A stretch of DNA of 64,000 nucleotides from contig JBMNIF010000002.1 in assembly GCA_050950765.1 (NCBI GenBank), forward strand, positions 800,001 through 864,000, read 5' to 3'. The translations under genes and the position numbers were made by a program. The notes below the pieces were generated by a model. The model worked only from the letters and a program-made list of their open reading frames with translations. It was not told the DNA's origin and did no database searches. Positions 52,489-61,198 of this stretch are shown here, piece after piece. Numbering within the stretch: position 1 is the stretch's first letter; each line of letters starts with the position of its first letter. The DNA comes from Bdellovibrionota bacterium (GTDB lineage Bacteria; Bdellovibrionota_C; UBA2361; JAAYZI01).

Positions 52489-54316
52489 CCTGAATTCCCG
52501 CGAAATTATACCATACAAACGTGTTTTTAAAGGTAGCTTTCGAGCGGTATAATCTTACTTTTTCTTAAAAATACTTTTTAGAAAGTCATCTTCTTCAATA
52601 TTGAAAATTTTCAAAATATCCTTTTGTTTTTTTGTTAACGGAACCATTAATTTACTACCATTTTTAGTTTCTATAACTTTAATTTTTTGAAGCTCTTTAA
52701 TGACATCAGGTATATTAAACTTTTTTTGCTTTGTATCATTTTTAAGTAAATTAAGAATATAACTTCTAAGTATAAGAGCTAAAAATCCAACAAAAAGTTT
52801 TCCTTCTGTGGTTTGAAGATTATGTGTTTTAAGTCTTCTAAAATCAATTTCATTTTTTAGCTGGAAAAATTGTTTTTCAATTACATCTTTTTGACGATAA
52901 CGAAAAAGTGCTTCACTCGGATTTGAATCACAACCAATACCAATCAAAATTAAGAAGCCACAATTTCTCAAGTATTCATCTATAGCTTCTGATTTTTTTT
53001 CATAAGTGAAACCATCTTCATTTATTTTAATATCAAAATATTTCCTATATTTTTTACGATCCAGCAAAGAGTACTTTAATTTTTTCAGTTCTTCTAACTC
53101 TTCTTCCATTCTAGAAATTTTCTCGTAAAATTGAACTATCTCATATGGCGCCTTTCCCATATTGTAATAAACATAAATCTTTACAGGTTGTCCCATAACA
53201 GTATCTATTACAGAACAACCAAAAGTAGAGGTTCCTTTTATATAATTAGCATCTTGCTTAATAAGTGCAGTGTGATTTTCTAATATTCTTTTAGCGTCAT
53301 TCCAATATAGTGGCAAAGGACAAAGTAGTCCAAACTTTTGCCCTTCTTCATTTGCTACTTCCGCTAAATTATCTTGCGTCACAAAACCTTGATCCGTAAC
53401 AAGGTTAATACGATTGTTAAGACTAATAAATGGAAAGTCTCTTAAAAGAAAACTAAAATATGTCTTATCTGTAATGCTGCCATTATAAACTTGATAGAAT
53501 AAAGGAAGCTTCGTTGTAGAGCCGTAGCACATACCTATATTTATTTGCGGCAATTTATCCATATCCCTATTATAGCCAAACTCCAATATACTTATTTTTT
53601 TACTATAAGAAGATATGGAAGTTACGTCATAATACCAACATTCTTGAGCTAAATATCGCTTCGTCCATTTCTTAAAAAAATTAAGTCTTTTCTCGTAGTC
53701 AATACGTTCAAAAAGACGACTTATTTTTTGACTTGTTAATTCAGAAATTTCATATGGTAAGACACTATCATCTATCCAACTTGAAGCATGTGATACTACA
53801 TTTCCATTTGCTAGAATATAAAACGCTAAAGTTAAAATCTCGTATGTGTCATTTCCAAAAATTGAAAGCAATGTCTTGTCTAACCTTAAATCTTTTACAA
53901 TCTTATTTAAAACATAAGTAAGACCAAAAGATTTATTGCTAATAACATATCTATTAGAATCATCTGGAAACAAATCATAGTAATTTCTATTAGGAATTAA
54001 TTTCTTACCGCTTTCATCTAGCTTCCCTATACCTATTTCATCAAACGTAGGCTCTCCGTTTTCACGACGAAAGTTCATCCTGTAATAGATATAAGTAGTC
54101 CCATTTTTGTTTTTCTTACGAGCAATTTGCCTATCTGGTAAGTCAACTTTTTTAGTTATTTTTTTCATAAAAAACCTCCCTAATATGTATAGGACAATCA
54201 TACCATACAAACAGGAAATGTCAATATAGAAAAATATATAACTAACTAAAATATCAATAAAAAATACGGTGGCTTATTTCTGGAATGGAGAAAAGATAAA
54301 AATTGCGGAATTTAGG
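52489..54316 (-). mobile_element. IS1634-family insertion sequence (1828 bp)
   Basis: Imperfect IRs CCTGAATTCCCGC (52489) / GCGGAATTTAGG (to 54316); 6-bp TSD TTGTAG at 52483-52488 and 54317-54322; more AT-rich than flanks. Confidence 0.9.
52555..54168 (-). CDS. IS1634-family DDE transposase
   Basis: YYDVTSISSYS, FGYNRD...LPQIN, DQGF, YR.KD.IEK.F..LKN; ATG 54168 has a GGGAGG RBS. Confidence 0.92.
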   Translation of the reverse strand: MKKITKKVDLPDRQIARKKNKNGTTYIYYRMNFRRENGEPTFDEIGIGKLDESGKKLIPNRNYYDLFPDDSNRYVISNKSFGLTYVLNKIVKDLRLDKTLLSIFGNDTYEILTLAFYILANGNVVSHASSWIDDSVLPYEISELTSQKISRLFERIDYEKRLNFFKKWTKRYLAQECWYYDVTSISSYSKKISILEFGYNRDMDKLPQINIGMCYGSTTKLPLFYQVYNGSITDKTYFSFLLRDFPFISLNNRINLVTDQGFVTQDNLAEVANEEGQKFGLLCPLPLYWNDAKRILENHTALIKQDANYIKGTSTFGCSVIDTVMGQPVKIYVYYNMGKAPYEIVQFYEKISRMEEELEELKKLKYSLLDRKKYRKYFDIKINEDGFTYEKKSEAIDEYLRNCGFLILIGIGCDSNPSEALFRYRQKDVIEKQFFQLKNEIDFRRLKTHNLQTTEGKLFVGFLALILRSYILNLLKNDTKQKKFNIPDVIKELQKIKVIETKNGSKLMVPLTKKQKDILKIFNIEEDDFLKSIFKKK

Positions 54317-54350
54317 TTGTAGTCGTTTTTTATTGAGTGGGAGAATCGAT

Positions 54351-56915
54351 ATGTTAATTCATGGATTTAAGAAGTCTATGATCTTTTTGGGTGTCTCTGT
54401 GTTTGTGTTAGGTGCTTCATCATCATCTTGGGCACTACCTTTCTCAGCAGAGTCAACTTCCAGAGAGAGCGTTAAAGTTACACGGTTAGGAGATGCTTGG
54501 ACTCCATCTACATATGCGCAGCTTACTAGAGAAAGTAGTGATTTACGTTTCCAGATAACTAAAAATGGACAGATCTTTCTCGCTTTCGTTTCAAAGGATG
54601 CGTCTATTGATGATTTAAATTGGTGTGAAGGTGATGGCGGTAACTGTGGTAACAACCTTTGTACTAATGATAAGAAACACGTCTATTGGGTTGAAAAAAC
54701 AGCAGATAAACCGGCTGTTTGTGTAAGTACCTACGGTAATAAAGATAATAAAATTGAGCTTACTGGAGATAGTTCGAATCCGAGGATCGGCGGTAGCGAA
54801 AGAGAGGGTCAAGCCGGAAGGTATGTCGCTTTTGAGACTTTTGGTTGGAATCAGTGTGAACTAGCTGCCAATGATTGTGCAATACCTGGTGCTAATCAAG
54901 ATACTTGTAAAACATATGCAAATTTTGAAAGAAACTGTACCGCAGGTAGTAGGCAGATAATTATGCACGATAGAAAGTGGGAGGAATCTTGGCTTTCAAG
55001 TGCTAAAGAGTGCGGTCTCCCTAATGATTACACGGGGATTCAAAATCAAAATGAAAAGCTTGTGGATTATACCCAATACTCGGGGGCGGGTGGTGTAATA
55101 GATACACCAGAGAAGTACGCTGCTAACCTTGCCAATCCGCAAGATTATACTCGTTACAAAGATAGCTACCTCTATGCCTTAGGAAAAGATGGTAAAAATA
55201 TCTTGTTTGCTAGTGCTGCTACACAACTTGTGGATAATACAGAACCTAAGTGTGTGGGTGGATTTTCACTAGGTGGTGCCCAGAACCCTATAAAAACGAT
55301 CTACACCAGAGATGGTAGTGGCTGTAAGCAAGGCATCTTAGGAAAATGTCAAACAAATCTAAAGTATGATAGGTATGCTTTACACGCTCATCCGAATGGT
55401 ATCACCGTTCATGATGCTGATGCTTTTCAAATTGCGATGTCTAATGATGCAGCGGATGTGATCGTTTTCGCTACGAAGTCAACTGTTCCTGTACATTATC
55501 AACCTGATCCCCTCGGATTTTCCGATATCTTCGCATGGGAAGACGAGATGTTTAGTTTGATCAGTCAAGTGCAGAGCGTTTATACCAGTGAGTTTGGAGA
55601 GGTTAGTTTAGTTAATATCGGTGGTCCAGCACACGGCAATAGTTATAACCCGACTGTAAGCTCTAATGGTAAACTGATCGCTTTTGATTCTGATGCTGAA
55701 GACCTTGTGCTTGAGCCAGTTTTAGATATTACCGGTGCAGAGACGGGAAATTATATAAACAAGAGCACAAACGGACACCGTCAGATCTTTCTCTTTAATT
55801 ATGACACCTATCGTATTGAGATGGTCAGTGTTAATCCTAACGGCAGAGCTGGTAACGGAGATAGTGAGAGACCGTTTATCAGTGCAGATGGTAGGTTTGT
55901 TGTTTTTGAAACGAGAGCTACGGATCTGATTGAGGGGATTACTACTACTCCGCATAAAAATATAGTGGTCAGAGACCGTGCCGCAAATAAGACCTACCTT
56001 GTAACGACAGGTGTTAATCCAAATTATGATGCCTCACTTGCTACGGATGAGCAGGTTGATCCCCGCACTGTGCAAGGCATAAATAATGATGCCACGATCA
56101 CTGATGTTTCTCCATCAGGGTTAACTGTTGCTTACCAGACAGTTGCAAGTGATGCCATTAACGGCGCTGTTGATAAAGCAGGTCCTGACACTAACGGTGT
56201 GCAAGATGTCTTTTTAGCGCAGAACGGTTGTCCGCGTGATACAGATGGTGATGGCACTCCGGATTGTTTAGATATGTGTCCGACAGATCCGAATAAGCAT
56301 CAAGAAGGTTACTGTGGTTGCTTTGTATCGGAAGTTGATTCTGATAATGATGGTGTTCCTGATTGTATTGATGCCTGTCCGAATGATCCGTTAAAAACAG
56401 AGGCTGGATTCTGTGGTTGCGGTGTTGAGGAAACAGATTCTGATAGCGATGGAGTTCCTGATTGTATCGATGAATGTCCGGCTAATAATCAGAAAGTTGT
56501 TGCAGGGGCTTGTGGGTGTAACGCCTTGAAAGTGGATCCAGGATACTGCGGTTGTGATGTTGAGGATGATGCAGATCTGAATGGTAACGGCAATCCGGAT
56601 TGTGTTGATCCACTCCCTGATTATAGACCGTTAGCACCGAGGATAAGAAAGGTTAAGACTTCTGTCACTACTTCGGATGTCTTCGCTACGGTAAATCCCC
56701 GTGATATCGCCGCCTATAAGAGGAAAGGAGCTAATGTTTCATATATCTTCTTTATTAGGGATACGAAGAGTGCTAAGAGTGTTAGACGTAAAACAACCAA
56801 GAGCTCTATAAAATTAGAAGGGCTGAATAACGGTGTGAGGTATTCCGTACGCTACCGAATTATTGCAGGTAGTGTAAAAACCTTGAAAGGAAGGAAAAAG
56901 AGTTTTACTAAGTAG
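54351..56915 (+). CDS. Secreted TolB/PD40-like propeller protein with thrombospondin type 3-like Cys/Asp repeats and basic C-terminal domain
   Basis: ATG 54351 with GGGAG RBS and signal peptide; P.ISADGRFVVFE.A.DL units; repeated D.D.DG.PDC.D.CP.D..K...G.CGC. Confidence 0.85.
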   Translation: MLIHGFKKSMIFLGVSVFVLGASSSSWALPFSAESTSRESVKVTRLGDAWTPSTYAQLTRESSDLRFQITKNGQIFLAFVSKDASIDDLNWCEGDGGNCGNNLCTNDKKHVYWVEKTADKPAVCVSTYGNKDNKIELTGDSSNPRIGGSEREGQAGRYVAFETFGWNQCELAANDCAIPGANQDTCKTYANFERNCTAGSRQIIMHDRKWEESWLSSAKECGLPNDYTGIQNQNEKLVDYTQYSGAGGVIDTPEKYAANLANPQDYTRYKDSYLYALGKDGKNILFASAATQLVDNTEPKCVGGFSLGGAQNPIKTIYTRDGSGCKQGILGKCQTNLKYDRYALHAHPNGITVHDADAFQIAMSNDAADVIVFATKSTVPVHYQPDPLGFSDIFAWEDEMFSLISQVQSVYTSEFGEVSLVNIGGPAHGNSYNPTVSSNGKLIAFDSDAEDLVLEPVLDITGAETGNYINKSTNGHRQIFLFNYDTYRIEMVSVNPNGRAGNGDSERPFISADGRFVVFETRATDLIEGITTTPHKNIVVRDRAANKTYLVTTGVNPNYDASLATDEQVDPRTVQGINNDATITDVSPSGLTVAYQTVASDAINGAVDKAGPDTNGVQDVFLAQNGCPRDTDGDGTPDCLDMCPTDPNKHQEGYCGCFVSEVDSDNDGVPDCIDACPNDPLKTEAGFCGCGVEETDSDSDGVPDCIDECPANNQKVVAGACGCNALKVDPGYCGCDVEDDADLNGNGNPDCVDPLPDYRPLAPRIRKVKTSVTTSDVFATVNPRDIAAYKRKGANVSYIFFIRDTKSAKSVRRKTTKSSIKLEGLNNGVRYSVRYRIIAGSVKTLKGRKKSFTK

Positions 56916-56990
56916 TTTTTTAGGGAAAAACGCTTTAGTTAAGTTTTACTAAATAGTTTTTTAGAAAAAACTCATTTTACTTGAATAGAG

Positions 56991-57024
56991 ATGGGGGGCT
57001 GCTAAAAACAGCTCCCCATTTTTT
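56991..57024 (+). terminator. Rho-independent terminator
   Basis: ATGGGGGGCTG...CAGCTCCCCAT followed by a T run. Confidence 0.7.
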
Positions 57025-57157
57025 AATGCTCTAATATAGGTGTTCATATTTTTCTCTTTATTAAAGATCCTGTAAAATATACGGTGCTGGTCTTATTTAT
57101 CTTAGCGGGTAGTGTTGTAAAGCGGCTTGCTTAGGATGAACAAAGTATTTTTGTAAG

Positions 57158-57414
57158 AAAAAGTGGTGAGGTAAAAATGTAGTGCAAGTAGAGAGGGGAG
57201 TTTAGAAGTGGTGAGGTAAAAAAGCCGTGCAAGTGGCGGGCAAATTTAAAAGTGGTGAGGTAAAAATACTGTGCAAGTGGCGAAAGAGGCTTAAAAGTGG
57301 TGAGGTCAAAAGTGTCGTATAAGTTGAGATGGAGTTTAAAAGTGGTGAGGTCAAAATACTGTGCAAGTGACGAGGGGGCTTAAAAGTGGTGAGGTCAAAA
57401 AGCCTTGCAAGTGG
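57158..57414. repeat. 44/45-bp tandem array, 6 copies with conserved and variable blocks
   Basis: AAGTGGTGAGGT(A/C)AAAA at 57161, 57206, 57250, 57295, 57340, 57384; second block GTGCAAGT. Confidence 0.92.
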
Positions 57415-57466
57415 ATGTATCTAAATGTAATATCATAACGGTAGTTAAAATTGCTTAAAGTAAAAT

Positions 57467-58174
57467 ATGTCTAAACAAGATATGTTACAACAAGGAACCC
57501 GTTTAGTTGAGAGCTCTGAAACAGTTTCAGCTTTTTGGATTTCCACATATCCTTTTTTTGAAACGACGTTGTATGTCCTCCCTTGTGGAGAGTCGAGGGG
57601 GGAGGTTGCGCAAACGTTTTTAACATTTTTTGATCCTGACGGTGGTGTAATTAATAAAGTTAAGTTGCAACTTCCTGTTGGAGAGATTAAGAAAGTTGAT
57701 CTCAATATGTTGCTCGGATCTTGTAAGATAGAAAGTGGTTTGCGACACGCCGTTATGTTAGTGCGTTCCCCTTTGGGCACAAAACACCTTTGTCGTATTT
57801 CAAATGGGCGTAACTCTTCAGTGTGTGGCGAGTTGCAGATCTTTTCTGATGAAAGAACGGCTTTTCTTCCGCTTTCATTCTCTGAAAAGATGACCTCTTT
57901 AATCCCAATAGTAAACTTTTCAGAAAATGAAGTTAAAGTCAGGTGCGGACTTTTTTTTGGAGAAAAAAATCATAAGTTAGAAGTAACTATTCCTGCACAA
58001 GGCACTAGATTGATCAGTGTTGATGCTGAACTCTTTGAAGTTCTTGAGTTAGGAGATGATGAAAAAAAGATGGCGTATTTGAGGGTTTCAACCCGTTCCG
58101 TAGGACAGTTAGGGCTGCAAATGTTGGAGTGTCTCTCTATAAAAGAGAGCGATGAATATACGATGATATGTTAG
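57467..58174 (+). CDS. Hypothetical protein (beta-rich)
   Basis: 235-aa ORF overlapping the next gene; no family recognised. Confidence 0.7.
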   Translation: MSKQDMLQQGTRLVESSETVSAFWISTYPFFETTLYVLPCGESRGEVAQTFLTFFDPDGGVINKVKLQLPVGEIKKVDLNMLLGSCKIESGLRHAVMLVRSPLGTKHLCRISNGRNSSVCGELQIFSDERTAFLPLSFSEKMTSLIPIVNFSENEVKVRCGLFFGEKNHKLEVTIPAQGTRLISVDAELFEVLELGDDEKKMAYLRVSTRSVGQLGLQMLECLSIKESDEYTMIC

Positions 58175-58857
58175 AGAGTAGTGTTAGTTGGCTCGCTTTT
58201 TGTGTGTCGGGTCAACTTGTAAAAACGATAGTTCATTTTTTCCCTTCAGCAGGGGCGATGGGGGCTCCTTATCAAGCGCTCTGCTCGTTAACATTACTAA
58301 GGTCTGATTTTGAACCGCAAACAGTTATGGCAGAAGGTGCGCGTTTAGGACAGCCGGACGGCTTTAGGTTAGATCTGGCGTTTCCTGATTTCGCAGATTC
58401 TCAACCAGCTGCCCTTTTAATAGAGCTCTCGACCTCTCAAACGAGGCTTAATCTAGCCTCTTCTGATTGTATTATAGAATTCGTTTCGCAATTTTCCACA
58501 ATTAAGTATAGACCGAAAAAGCTTATAAATAGCGCCGTTGATATCTTCCCGATCTTGGAATTGAACGATTCTGAATTAGTAACCTCCTTAATAACTGTTA
58601 ATGTGATGGATGCTGCTGTACGTTTCCCGTTACAGACGTTAGCTGAAAAAAATGATCCGGAAATTAGTAATTTTCGTGAGCTTGCTACTTTGGAGATCCC
58701 TGCGCATTGTGCAAAGGAGTTTAAGTTAGCTGATTTTAAAACACAGCAAAAACCTGATTGTGGAGTTTATATTAGATCAGAATATGTGGGGTTGGCGCAT
58801 TATGCTATATATAGAAATAGAAAAACGCAACAGATCGTGTCGGTGGTAAGATTATGA
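58168..58857 (+). CDS. Hypothetical protein (beta-rich)
   Basis: 229-aa ORF overlapping both neighbours. Confidence 0.7.
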   Translation: MLESSVSWLAFCVSGQLVKTIVHFFPSAGAMGAPYQALCSLTLLRSDFEPQTVMAEGARLGQPDGFRLDLAFPDFADSQPAALLIELSTSQTRLNLASSDCIIEFVSQFSTIKYRPKKLINSAVDIFPILELNDSELVTSLITVNVMDAAVRFPLQTLAEKNDPEISNFRELATLEIPAHCAKEFKLADFKTQQKPDCGVYIRSEYVGLAHYAIYRNRKTQQIVSVVRL

Positions 58858-59654
58858 AAGTAGCAGTATTCACACCATATTCGTTACTAAGTCATGAAGC
58901 GGGAGTGATTTATCTTCTCGCAAATTATCTAGCAGATCTTTATCCTGAATCTGCCGTGCGTCAATTAAAATGTAACGGTGCTTTTTCATTGTGTGGTCAC
59001 GATGCTGAAAGGGGTTGGAAGCGCAATGTTACTTCGTGTTTGTATTGTGCTGTCGGGCAGCAACGGCTAGCTACTTGGGCGGGGATTGATTCTGAGGAGT
59101 TGGCGAAGTATCTGATGCCGCAAGATGTAGAAGATACTTTGCGGTGGGGGTCTTTATTGCACGATGCAGATCTCTTAACGGCACAGTTTGGAGATCGGAT
59201 ATTATACGATTATTGTAAGGGGTCGTTTAAAGATCGTTTTGGTACGGAAAAGCCTGACCTCGACAATAAAAATCATTTACGAGTTCTTAGACGTTTATTA
59301 GTTTCCGCCGCCAGGATGTTTTTAGCTGCAGAACGTTTTTGCAAGGCGGGATCCCCCGAACACGTTTTTGTTCCGTCAGATAGTGATTTTTTAACTACGG
59401 TTTTTCTTGATTGTGCCGCACTTCATGGCGCAATTACAACAGTTTTTAAGTGGGATTTACATTCAAGGATGATGACACTTAAGGCTTCAGCTACTGATGA
59501 TGAATATACGTGTAGTTTACTTTTGGAAGATGTTACAAGTATGCGTTCAGACCCCTGCACGTGGTCCGAGGAGTTGCTCTCTGTTGTAAATGAAATACTA
59601 TCATTTTTAAAGTTGTCTGATACACAACTAACGCTCCCTTTGAGTAATATCTAA
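58854..59654 (+). CDS. Hypothetical protein with Cys cluster, loosely like the N-terminus of capsule-biosynthesis proteins
   Basis: KVAVF...LANYL...LKCNG.FSLC...CLYC; family assignment tentative. Confidence 0.55.
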   Translation: MKVAVFTPYSLLSHEAGVIYLLANYLADLYPESAVRQLKCNGAFSLCGHDAERGWKRNVTSCLYCAVGQQRLATWAGIDSEELAKYLMPQDVEDTLRWGSLLHDADLLTAQFGDRILYDYCKGSFKDRFGTEKPDLDNKNHLRVLRRLLVSAARMFLAAERFCKAGSPEHVFVPSDSDFLTTVFLDCAALHGAITTVFKWDLHSRMMTLKASATDDEYTCSLLLEDVTSMRSDPCTWSEELLSVVNEILSFLKLSDTQLTLPLSNI

Positions 59655-59724
59655 AAGTGTCTTTAGCTTTGTAAAAGCTGTCTAGGTGGAGTGATAAAAA
59701 GTGGTGCGGGGTTAATAAGTTAGT

Positions 59725-60324
59725 TTAATCCTTGTGGGAGTACACTGAACAACTGATTCTAACAGGACATTTTTTACATTTTTGTGGTTGTGGTGTTGCT
59801 ATCGCCTTACTCTTCTTTTGAAGAATGTTTTGCATTTCATCAATGATCCCTTGTAACCAAGCCTGTTTTTCAGGGGTGTTCTGTATTTTTACACGACGGC
59901 GATTTTGTCCGATGATAAGATAGCCATAAGGTGGCCTCTTCCCTTCAAACTCTTCTACAAGGCGCATATGAACAAGTAGTTGAGCGACGTAGCGATCACG
60001 TATTTTTTTGCCTAACGGTTTATGTTCTATCGGGATGATATAACCGTTTTCGCTGATGAGGGCATCAGGCTTTCCTGAAAGGAGCTGCATATCTGAGACG
60101 TAACTCCGCGGCTTTAAAGAATCAGATCCTGTTGGTTTAAGACTCTCTTTTAACTCTTGTTGTGGTAGCCCCGTCTCTTGGCGTTTCTTTTTTGCTGCCA
60201 TGCTTATGGCATCAAGGACAATTACGATACAAGATAAAAGTATAACCGCGATAGCAACGGAGATGTCACAATTAGCTATATCAACCAGTAGATCATAGAG
60301 GTAGTTTTTTATCTGGTCGTGCAT
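59725..60324 (-). CDS. Membrane-anchored Cas4-like PD-(D/E)XK nuclease, catalytic half
   Basis: N-terminal TM, LSGKPD, PIEHK, QLLVH, PPYGYL, C-terminal CKKCPVRISC. Confidence 0.82.
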   Translation of the reverse strand: MHDQIKNYLYDLLVDIANCDISVAIAVILLSCIVIVLDAISMAAKKKRQETGLPQQELKESLKPTGSDSLKPRSYVSDMQLLSGKPDALISENGYIIPIEHKPLGKKIRDRYVAQLLVHMRLVEEFEGKRPPYGYLIIGQNRRRVKIQNTPEKQAWLQGIIDEMQNILQKKSKAIATPQPQKCKKCPVRISCSVYSHKD

Positions 60325-60331
60325 GGCAAGG

Positions 60332-60598
60332 TTATCTCACTGAAAACCGTATAGCGAAAAACAGAACGGTTAAAATAAAGAGTATAATAAGAAGGATAAT
60401 ACTACGTGAAAATTTATTAGCCTCATCCAAAGTTTTCTTCCACTCCTTGTGTAAACGAATACCTTCATCAATACCTTTGGTGTGGATTATAGTTGTTTCT
60501 TCTTCCTTGCTTAGTCGCCAAGATTCGGGACAGACTGTGTAGGTGGCGATCTCTCCAGCAGATAAGATGTATTTTCCAAACTCATTAAGTTTTGCCAA
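60332..60598 (-). CDS. Small membrane protein carrying the Cas4 N-terminal Cys motif
   Basis: LSAGEIATYTVCPESWRL...EGIRLH then a C-terminal TM; TTG start with GGGAGG RBS. Confidence 0.75.
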   Translation of the reverse strand: MAKLNEFGKYILSAGEIATYTVCPESWRLSKEEETTIIHTKGIDEGIRLHKEWKKTLDEANKFSRSIILLIILFILTVLFFAIRFSVR

Positions 60599-60637
60599 AT
60601 TTTTTTCCTCCCTATTTTTTTAGCTCTACCCTTTAAT

Positions 60638-61144
60638 TTAACTGTTACGAATCTTTTCTAAAAGGGTCTTAAATATTTCAGGCAATGTGGTCGGTTTACG
60701 TGTACGTGGAGATGAGGTGTTATAAGAGCTCCCGTGCAAAGGTCGTAGGTCGGGCGCGTGTAAGATCTCATCTTGTCTAGAATCACAGATCGGAATATGC
60801 GCCGTCTCAATAGAATATTGAGCTTCGGGAGCCTGATTGTTGGTTACTCTCCAAAAAGCGTACCGTGCACACGCTGTTAAAAATTCGCACAGTAGTAAAA
60901 ATCTACCGTCTTCTTCCCTATGGATACTTAATGAGATATCGTGGTTTTGTTCTAGCAAAAATATATCTTCAAATGTTTCAATCCACATCTTTTTAGCGCG
61001 ATATGCTGAAAGTTCATCGGAATAAATTCCGTGTAGGGTGATATTTTCTGTGTCAAAGCTGACACCGTCAATAAATGTTGGTTGTGGCGGCTGAGATACA
61101 TTACTAAAATCAGGCGTTTCAGTTAACATGATGATATAACTCAC
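60638..61144 (-). CDS. Hypothetical protein, first gene of the split-Cas4 cluster
   Basis: 168-aa ORF, 39 bp upstream of the next gene on the same strand. Confidence 0.7.
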   Translation of the reverse strand: MSYIIMLTETPDFSNVSQPPQPTFIDGVSFDTENITLHGIYSDELSAYRAKKMWIETFEDIFLLEQNHDISLSIHREEDGRFLLLCEFLTACARYAFWRVTNNQAPEAQYSIETAHIPICDSRQDEILHAPDLRPLHGSSYNTSSPRTRKPTTLPEIFKTLLEKIRNS

Positions 61145-61171
61145 AAAAAATAAAAAAACCTACTATTTCCC

Positions 61172-61198
61172 TCATCGACATTTTATAAATATCTCTTA
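61172..61198 (-). promoter_or_regulatory. Sigma28-like promoter
   Basis: TAAG-N15-GTCGATGA on the minus strand. Confidence 0.55.

Noticed and set aside
11836..54316. Composite transposon bounded by the two IS elements
   Set aside because: The elements differ in sequence and each has its own target duplication, so they are independent insertions.
54303..54350. ORF-track start at 54303
   Set aside because: Lies inside the IS terminal repeat; ATG 54351 has the RBS and signal peptide.
57158..57414. CRISPR array linked to the Cas4-like gene
   Set aside because: Variable parts are only ~10 nt, repeats are degenerate and non-palindromic, and there is no cas1/cas2.
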